DNA of 64,000 bases from Thermodesulfobacteriota bacterium (lineage in GTDB: Bacteria > Desulfobacterota > BSN033 > UBA1163), in contig JASEHH010000007.1 in NCBI GenBank assembly GCA_030017685.1, positions 1,824 to 65,823 on the forward strand. The letters run 5' to 3'. Positions 57,242 to 64,000 of the stretch are shown here, piece after piece. How positions within the stretch are numbered: the stretch's first letter is position 1; every line of letters begins with the position of its first letter. A program made the position numbers and the translations under genes. Under the pieces are notes generated by a model. The model did not search any database. It was not told the DNA's origin and saw only the letters and a list, made by a program, of their open reading frames with translations.

Positions 57242-58216
57242 ATGGAAGTGAATTCTAAGAGGTCCATACAAATACCAGCGAGAGATACCAGGTCAAGAGG
57301 CAAAACCATCAAAGGATGGATCCAACTATCCCGCCCCCCATTTCATCTGGTGGGTCTGCTTCCGTTTGTCCTGGGTGCGCTGTTAGCCTGGTATATATAT
57401 GGGGTGTTCAACTGGACTGTTTTTGTTTGGAGCACAGCCGCCGTACTCTTAATTATGCTTTCTACCTACTATAGCGGAGAGTATCACGACCTTAAAGAGG
57501 ACAAACTCTCTGCCGAGATTGAGAGGAATGTTTTTTCTGGTGGAAGTCAGGCTATAGTAAAGAATCTGATGTCCCATAAACAGGCTAAAATCGCCGGATA
57601 CGTAACACTGGTTCTGGCAGGAATAATCGGGCTCATCCTTCATTTCTATTACAAGACTGGCTTTTGGACAATTCCGCTAGGGGTTATTGGCATGACCGCC
57701 GGATTTTTCTATTCCACCCCGCCGCTACGTTGGGTAAAGAGAGGAGTCGGGGAGATTATCATTGGGTTCTGTTACGGATGGCTTCCGGTGGCTACTGCCT
57801 TCTATCTACAGACTGGCACGATAGACAATATTGTCCACTGGATTTCCATCCCCATCGCCTGCACTATCTTCAATGTAATCCTCATAAACGAGTTTCCGGA
57901 CTATCCCGCTGATATGAGTGAGGGGAAAAGGAATCTGGCGGTAAGGCTGGGGAAAGACACCGCCGCCTTCCTTTATATCGCGATGACAGTCATCGCCTGG
58001 ATCGCGTTCGGATTGGCGGTGAGTCAGGGGTTGCCAGCGGTGGGCTTACTATTCTACCTTCCGGTTTTCTTAATTGCCTTGTGGTTAGTTTTTTTGATAT
58101 CTAAAAAGGATTACCTCAATAAAAAGCGGCTGGAGTTGATTTGCGGACTCACTATAGTTGTCAATCTGGGGACCGCACTGGCATATATTCTGGCTCTCTG
58201 GTTGGGAGGTTTTTAA
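57242..58216 (+). CDS. UbiA family prenyltransferase (MenA-like)
   Basis: SRPPF, GEYHD, FSGGS, YSTPP, NEFPDYPAD..GKRNL; multiple TM helices. Confidence 0.88.
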   Translation: MEVNSKRSIQIPARDTRSRGKTIKGWIQLSRPPFHLVGLLPFVLGALLAWYIYGVFNWTVFVWSTAAVLLIMLSTYYSGEYHDLKEDKLSAEIERNVFSGGSQAIVKNLMSHKQAKIAGYVTLVLAGIIGLILHFYYKTGFWTIPLGVIGMTAGFFYSTPPLRWVKRGVGEIIIGFCYGWLPVATAFYLQTGTIDNIVHWISIPIACTIFNVILINEFPDYPADMSEGKRNLAVRLGKDTAAFLYIAMTVIAWIAFGLAVSQGLPAVGLLFYLPVFLIALWLVFLISKKDYLNKKRLELICGLTIVVNLGTALAYILALWLGGF

Positions 58217-58222
58217 GTCAAA

Positions 58223-59449
58223 ATGCAAAGACCCTCCATATTCAATTGGCCGCTAAAATCAATATTCTGGCCCCCAAGTTTAATAGCAAAACAACTGGGA
58301 AGCGTGCTCTATTTGAAACATCTGCTCAAATGGAACAAATTCCCATCCTGGTTCCTCAATCATAGTATTAAGTCCTTACCTGTGGCTGCCGGTTCCCTCG
58401 GTATGGGCTGCATTGGTTTCCCGCCGCATCCAGCCTGGGAGGTGACGGCCGCCTGCAATCTGCGCTGTATACATTGCCATGCAGCGAGCAGCAAACCAGC
58501 CAGAGACGAACTGACAACCGATGAAGCTAAAAGATTCATAGACGAGTTGGCCAGGATAGATGAATTTCGGACGCTGGTCTATACCGGCGGAGAGCCTTTG
58601 GTGCGCCCCGACCTGCTCGAACTTCTGCAGTATTCCCAAAAGGCTGGCCTGACCAATGTTATCGCTACCAACGGCACCTTGATAAACGAGGAGGTCGCCT
58701 TTAAGCTCAGGGAGGTTGGCGTCGTCGGGGCAGCAGTCAGCCTCGATTCCTCACAGAGTGCAATCCATAATCATATCCGTAGAAACGATAATGCTTTTGA
58801 ACTGGCCATGCGAGGCATACAAGCATTAAAAAAGGCGGGCATTCTCTTGCAGATAAACGTTACGGCGATGGAGTACAACTTCTCCAGTCTTGACGAATTG
58901 ATTGAGCTAACTGATAGAGAGGGGGCAGGGATTATGCTGATGTATCAATTGGTGCCAGTGGGGCGAGGAAGCTCTATTGAAGAGGCCACGCTCGATGTCA
59001 ACCAAAACGAGAAATTGCTGAAATTCTTAGCCCGCAAGCAGAGAGAGGTTTCCACCATCATCGAACCTGTGGCTGGCCCTCAGTACTGGCCCTATTTAAT
59101 CGAGCAGCGTGGCAAGTCGAATGGCATCTGGTTCAAACTTGCCGAGCAATTATTCCACGGCTGTGCCGCAGGCCGAGGATTCGTTTACATTAAAGCCAAT
59201 GGCGATGTGTGGCCCTGTCCCTTTGTGGGAATAAATGCTGGGAATGTTAGAATGAAATCTTTCGAGAACATCTGGCAGCATGGCGAGGTGTTTGTCAATT
59301 TGAGAAAACGAGAGCATATACTGAAAGGGGACTGTGGCAAGTGCAAATATCGAACGATATGTGGCGGGTGCCGCGGGCGGGCCTTAGCCTATCATGGGGA
59401 CTATCTGGCTGAAGACCCCTCGTGTTTTCTGCATTCCAAATCCTGTTAG
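58223..59449 (+). CDS. radical SAM / SPASM protein (AhbD/NirJ-like)
   Basis: CNLRCIHC, GGEP, C-terminal CGKC..ICGGC..DPSC. Confidence 0.9.
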   Translation: MQRPSIFNWPLKSIFWPPSLIAKQLGSVLYLKHLLKWNKFPSWFLNHSIKSLPVAAGSLGMGCIGFPPHPAWEVTAACNLRCIHCHAASSKPARDELTTDEAKRFIDELARIDEFRTLVYTGGEPLVRPDLLELLQYSQKAGLTNVIATNGTLINEEVAFKLREVGVVGAAVSLDSSQSAIHNHIRRNDNAFELAMRGIQALKKAGILLQINVTAMEYNFSSLDELIELTDREGAGIMLMYQLVPVGRGSSIEEATLDVNQNEKLLKFLARKQREVSTIIEPVAGPQYWPYLIEQRGKSNGIWFKLAEQLFHGCAAGRGFVYIKANGDVWPCPFVGINAGNVRMKSFENIWQHGEVFVNLRKREHILKGDCGKCKYRTICGGCRGRALAYHGDYLAEDPSCFLHSKSC

Positions 59450-59610
59450 ATTCTAATCATCCCAATTTGATCACAAAGGTAGGAAAGTTCGTTTCAAGTA
59501 TAAACGACTCCTTAAAATCATAAAGGGTTTACTATAGGCTTGACATTGGGGAGGGGAATTGGGTATCTCTAAAGCATGGGCAGCAAAATACTTTTTACCC
59601 TGAAGGAGAA

Positions 59611-60471
59611 ATGATGGAACTCGTGCGCAAGGTATCCGGGATGCAGGGAATATCTGATAGGCTGATGAAGGAAGGAAAAAAAATTGGGTTCGTCCCGACC
59701 ATGGGGTATCTCCACGAGGGACACCTATCTTTGGTCAGAAAGGCAAAAGAGTTATGCGATTCTGTGGTGGTCTCAATATTCGTTAATCCCACTCAATTTG
59801 TACCGGGAGAAGATTATGAACGATATCCCCGTGATGAAGAAAGAGACAGGGTGTTACTTGATGCGGCAGGCGTTGACTTCCTTTTTATCCCAGAAGTGAT
59901 GGAGGTGTATCCCTCCGGATATCAGACCTATGCGGAGGTGACAGAAGTTTCAAAAGGACTCTGTGGCAATTTTAGACCGGGGCATTTCAGGGGTGTCGCT
60001 ACGGTCGTGGCCAAGCTTTTTAATATGGTGAAACCACACCTGGCCGTTTTTGGAGAGAAGGATTTCCAGCAGCTCCTTGTGATTAAAAGGATGGTTGAGG
60101 ATCTGAATTTTGATATTGAAATCATCCCAGGAGTCACCGTGAGAGAAGAGGACGGCATTGCGATGAGCTCAAGAAATGCCTATCTTTCTCCTGAAGATAG
60201 GAAAAAGGCTGCGGTTCTCTATCGATCTCTTATGAAAGGGAAAGAGTCTTTTGAATCCGGTGAGAGGCATGCCTCCATCCTATGCAGAACTGTTAAAGAT
60301 AGCCTGGAATCGGTGAGTGGGATTTCTTTTCAATATGTGGAGATTCGGGACGCTGGAACACTCGAGAAAATCGAGGTAGTTAATCGGCCTACCGTGATTG
60401 CCCTTGCTTCAATCGTGGGAGGTGTGAGGCTCATCGATAATATCATCATTGGCAGGGAGAAACCTTTCTGA
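59611..60471 (+). CDS. panC: pantoate--beta-alanine ligase
   Basis: PTMGYLHEGH, RPGHFRGV, GEKDFQQ, MSSRN, RLIDN motifs. Confidence 0.97.
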   Translation: MMELVRKVSGMQGISDRLMKEGKKIGFVPTMGYLHEGHLSLVRKAKELCDSVVVSIFVNPTQFVPGEDYERYPRDEERDRVLLDAAGVDFLFIPEVMEVYPSGYQTYAEVTEVSKGLCGNFRPGHFRGVATVVAKLFNMVKPHLAVFGEKDFQQLLVIKRMVEDLNFDIEIIPGVTVREEDGIAMSSRNAYLSPEDRKKAAVLYRSLMKGKESFESGERHASILCRTVKDSLESVSGISFQYVEIRDAGTLEKIEVVNRPTVIALASIVGGVRLIDNIIIGREKPF

Positions 60472-60493
60472 TATTTGTTGCCTTGAATTAGGA

Positions 60494-62755
60494 TTATTTA
60501 TCCATTACTTCCCTCACTTTTCTGACCAGTCCTTCCACAGATAGGGGCTTCTGGATAAAGTTCAACCCGCTTTCAAGAATACCGTGATGGGAAATGGCAT
60601 TATCCGTATAACCCGACATATAAAGAACCTTAAAACCATGACAGACTTCCTTAAGCTTCTCAACCAGTCGGCGACCATCCATTCCAGGCATCACCACATC
60701 GGTCAGGACAAGATGTATAGGCTTTTTCCCCTCCTTACCAATCTCAAGGGCCTCATCTCCGCTTCCCGCTCCCAGCACCTCATATCCATGCTTCTCCAAT
60801 ATCTTCATGGCGAGTTTCTGGACCTTCTCGTCGTCCTCAACGAGAAGGATGGTCTCACTGCCACGGGGAAGCTCCCTTTGAACCACCTTCTCACCCACCT
60901 CCTCCGGAGGCTCATCCACTCGCGGAAGGTAAATTTTAAAGGTCGTCCCTTTCCCCGGCTCACTATAGACCCAGATGTTTCCGTCACTCTGTTTCACGAT
61001 TCCATAGACAGTCGAAAGACCCAATCCCGTTCCTTTCCCCTTTTCTCTAGTCGTAAAGAAGGGCTCAAAGATCTTTTCCTTGACTTCCGGAGTCATCCCC
61101 ACTCCGGTATCGCTTACGGAGAGCATCACGTAAGGTCCCGGCTTCACTGCAATATGATTGCGGGCATAATTCTCATCCAGTTCCACATTGGATGTCTCAA
61201 TGGTGAGTTTCCCTCCCTTCTGCATCGCATCTCTCGCATTGACCGCAAGGTTCATCACCACCTGCTCGATCTGTCCGGGATCGGCCTTCACCATTCCTAA
61301 ATCATCTGCCAATAGAGTAACCAGCCCGATATCCTCACCAATGACCCGTTGTAACATCTTATCCAGATCTCGTAAAATGGTGTTGAGATCTAACACTCTC
61401 ATCTCCAACACCTGGCGCCGGCTGAAGGCCAAAAGTTGTCGGGTGAGAGCGGCTGCCCGGTCAGCCGCATTCTGAACCACCTCGATATTTTCTCGCAAAG
61501 GATCACCTGCTTTCATTTCCATGAGGGAGAGCTGACTGTTTCCCTTGATGATGGTGAGAAGATTGTTAAAATCATGGGCCACCCCACCGGCTAACTGGCC
61601 AATGGCCTCCATCTTCTGAGACTGACGAAACTGTTCTTGAAGGACACGCTTTTCTTCTTCCGCACGCTTGCGTTCGGTAATATCACGGACAATATGGACA
61701 ACGCCTTTCATCGCTCCGGAGTTATCGTGGATTGGATCTACCGTTACCTGAAGCCAGATCCCTCGCTCTCCATCGTAGAATTCAAAATCTTCACGGATAT
61801 TGGTTTGTCTCACCCGTTTAAAGGGACATCCCTCAATAAAATCAGATGTGCAATGAGCAATTCTGTAACAATGTTTGCCTAATACGTCTTCGGTTTTTAT
61901 TCCCAATAAACGTTCATAAACTCCGTTTGATTGTATGACTCTTCCTCCTGAGTCAAGAAGCCATATGCCATCTGATATTGCATTGAAAGTATTTTTCCAG
62001 TTTTCCAATGCTATTCCTAATGCCTCCTCGGCCTGCTTGCGCTTTCCGATCATCTCATCAAAAGCCCTCGAAAGCTGTCCAACCTCATCCTTTGCGGTTG
62101 TGCCCACCCTGTAATCCAGGTTGCCAGCGCCGATGATTTCGGTTCCCTCGTGAAGCTTCCTGATCGGCTTTACAACACTTCTGCCAAACATAAATGAAAC
62201 CGCTGCAATAATTGCTGCCATGATTGCAACAAACACCATAACAAGCAGACTGGACCTTTGTTGAGCAATTGCTACCTCTGCCCGACTTGCCTCGGCCAAC
62301 TGCGAGGCATCAGAAACCATAGCTTGAGACTTCACCAATAACTGGCCCGCCAATCTCTCTTCTAATTCCCGTGACAGAGCAGATTCTTTTCTCCCACGCC
62401 TTTTGTAATTTTCGACCAGTTGGGAAAAAAGATCTTTAAGGCTCTCAAGATTCTGATGCATCCTGTCTAAAATAAGTCGCCTTTCCAGACTTTTGAATTC
62501 TTCCCCTGTTAGCAACTTTGTTAGAGAGTCATGCCTTAATTGCCACTGTGTCTGCATCCGCTCTTCGCGGTGCAATAAATATTCATAAGTTATGATATTC
62601 AGCTCAAATACACCCTTGGCTATCTCATCTGCTATTTTGAGTCCAATAATTCCTTTATTCACCCTCTGAGATGTCAGAAAGAGAACTAAGCCGATTGCAA
62701 GGGCTATTGCTACAGAAAAGATTGTGATCATTTGTAGTCTGGTCTTAATCTTCAT
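60494..62755 (-). CDS. hybrid sensor kinase (TM-HAMP-PAS-HisKA-HATPase-REC)
   Basis: N-terminal about 240 aa nearly identical to 36222, then PAS (RDITERK), AHDFNNLL, receiver domain. Confidence 0.95.
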   Translation of the reverse strand: MKIKTRLQMITIFSVAIALAIGLVLFLTSQRVNKGIIGLKIADEIAKGVFELNIITYEYLLHREERMQTQWQLRHDSLTKLLTGEEFKSLERRLILDRMHQNLESLKDLFSQLVENYKRRGRKESALSRELEERLAGQLLVKSQAMVSDASQLAEASRAEVAIAQQRSSLLVMVFVAIMAAIIAAVSFMFGRSVVKPIRKLHEGTEIIGAGNLDYRVGTTAKDEVGQLSRAFDEMIGKRKQAEEALGIALENWKNTFNAISDGIWLLDSGGRVIQSNGVYERLLGIKTEDVLGKHCYRIAHCTSDFIEGCPFKRVRQTNIREDFEFYDGERGIWLQVTVDPIHDNSGAMKGVVHIVRDITERKRAEEEKRVLQEQFRQSQKMEAIGQLAGGVAHDFNNLLTIIKGNSQLSLMEMKAGDPLRENIEVVQNAADRAAALTRQLLAFSRRQVLEMRVLDLNTILRDLDKMLQRVIGEDIGLVTLLADDLGMVKADPGQIEQVVMNLAVNARDAMQKGGKLTIETSNVELDENYARNHIAVKPGPYVMLSVSDTGVGMTPEVKEKIFEPFFTTREKGKGTGLGLSTVYGIVKQSDGNIWVYSEPGKGTTFKIYLPRVDEPPEEVGEKVVQRELPRGSETILLVEDDEKVQKLAMKILEKHGYEVLGAGSGDEALEIGKEGKKPIHLVLTDVVMPGMDGRRLVEKLKEVCHGFKVLYMSGYTDNAISHHGILESGLNFIQKPLSVEGLVRKVREVMDK

Positions 62756-62761
62756 AATTCA

Positions 62762-63793
62762 TCACCTGATAATTGTCACTGCTTCAGGTTTCACAGCCTT
62801 CAGCCCGTCAAGATAGATAAAATTAAGGTAGTTTGGAACCTTTGTTTTATCGGTTAACTTGTTCTTTATTGCCCATCGCGTTTGATTCTCTAAGTTTATT
62901 AAAAGAGATTGTTCCAGCGTTATGCCGAAGTTATAGATGCCCCATAGTTCACGAAGCAGGGATTCATCCATCCTGATATAGTCTGCTATGATCTTGCGCG
63001 ATTCATCTGGATTTTCTCTAATAAATTCTACCGCCTTAATCAGAGTCCGGAGAACCCTTTGAATAACTTCTGGATTTTTATGAGCAAACTCTTGCATGAC
63101 AGCGACGTTAAATGTCCAGGTATATATCCCATCGCCGTAGAATGTTATTGCCCTTTCACCAAATTTCTTTTGTAAGCGGATCAGGTGGGGGTGCCAGGTT
63201 GATACGGCATCAACTTCACCTTTTACTAAAGAGTCAAACATTTCCTCCGGTGTCAAACTAACTGCTTTAACTTCTTTCACAGGTATTCCATGCATCACTA
63301 AGAGCGCATCCATGAAGAACTCTCCATTTGTCCCGATACTCACTCCAATTCTTTTGCCTTTAAGGTCGGCGGGTAGAGAAATTTTCCTATCCTTTCTCGC
63401 AATAATCGCCATATTTTTCTCCGAGGTAAATAGTGTAGCTATCGCGTATATTTTCTCTCCCCTCATCACAGCAAACATGATCGGGGTTTCTGCAACAACT
63501 GCTAAATCTGCTTTTCCCTCCAATACTGCATTGAGGGCGGCCTTTCCTGATGTGTGAGGTTGAAGCGTTACATCAAGCCCTTCATCTTTGAAGTAGCCTT
63601 TTATGTAAGCGATATATACAGGTCCCGCACTTGGTTGGGTTGGTTCAGCAAGGGTTACTTTTTCAAGCGGCTCACCTGGTCTTTGTTGTTTCTGACTGAG
63701 CCAAAAATAACCAACCAGTAGCGCTATGACTCCCCCTATCAAAAGAAGATATGTATATTGGAATAACTTTTTTGTTTTAACTTCGCCGCTCAT
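62762..63793 (-). CDS. NrtA/SsuA/NMT1-family substrate-binding protein (copy 2)
   Basis: Protein translation identical to 35184-36215. Confidence 0.9.
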   Translation of the reverse strand: MSGEVKTKKLFQYTYLLLIGGVIALLVGYFWLSQKQQRPGEPLEKVTLAEPTQPSAGPVYIAYIKGYFKDEGLDVTLQPHTSGKAALNAVLEGKADLAVVAETPIMFAVMRGEKIYAIATLFTSEKNMAIIARKDRKISLPADLKGKRIGVSIGTNGEFFMDALLVMHGIPVKEVKAVSLTPEEMFDSLVKGEVDAVSTWHPHLIRLQKKFGERAITFYGDGIYTWTFNVAVMQEFAHKNPEVIQRVLRTLIKAVEFIRENPDESRKIIADYIRMDESLLRELWGIYNFGITLEQSLLINLENQTRWAIKNKLTDKTKVPNYLNFIYLDGLKAVKPEAVTIIR

Positions 63794-64000
63794 TTTGTCT
63801 TCTCCATGGGAAAAGATTATCTGATTACACAGATTAAGTGTCTCATCCCAAAAATCTTTTGATCATCTCAGGCAGCCGCTTTCCTTGAATGTCCTATTTT
63901 GGAATCCTTTCCTTATAGATTGTTTCTCACTTTTTTCGATATAATGAAAACAGATAGCTCCCAATCCTCGCTCCCCCCCTTAATTCCAGTTTAGATGAGT

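Noticed and set aside
62040..64000. Second binding-protein/kinase copy as a pure assembly artefact
   Set aside because: The copies differ by synonymous changes, upstream indels and distinct downstream domains; partial collapse of the identical core cannot be excluded without reads
1..64000. CRISPR array, tRNA or rRNA genes, and the many antisense or nested ORFs in the track
   Set aside because: No regularly spaced repeat-spacer array or structural RNA signature was seen by eye; the shadow ORFs overlap well-supported genes and lack motifs

Overview
Bacterial chromosomal window. Gene content and repeat style suggest an anaerobic Desulfobacterota/deltaproteobacterium; this is an inference, not a database assignment. 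From left to right: (1) 0-14 kb is an accessory redox/acyl-CoA patch (SDR, MarR, a QueG-like Fe-S protein split only by an in-frame TGA with a SECIS-like hairpin, two molybdopterin oxidoreductases, SCP2, DUF559 nuclease, thiolase, AhpD plus ECF sigma, a Phd/VapC toxin-antitoxin pair). (2) 14-32.5 kb holds an aromatic amino acid supercluster using the archaeal-type aroA'/aroB' entry, then aroD-E-A-K-C-pheA, three unrelated genes, and trpE-G-D-C-F-A with no trpB. Both operons are headed by unannotated leader-peptide attenuators (FYFYWFFY and WWCW) with near-identical promoters. (3) 32.6-39.7 kb is a signalling patch with three sigma54 promoters, a c-di-GMP-I (GEMM) riboswitch interrupted by two insertions, and hybrid kinases. 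(4) 40-56 kb is a partly decaying beta-oxidation, Ptb-Buk and ADP-forming acyl-CoA ligase cluster. (5) 56-64 kb has purM, a MenA-like prenyltransferase plus radical SAM, panC, and an inverted second copy of the binding-protein/kinase module. Intergenic DNA carries several families of small palindromic and MITE-like elements, often nested in one another. The best candidates for undescribed biology are the putative selenoprotein, the nested REP/MITE system with its DUF559 nuclease, the double-terminator three-amino-acid attenuator, and the interrupted riboswitch. No rRNA, tRNA or CRISPR array was seen. All family calls are from motif recognition by eye; no searches or folding programs were run.
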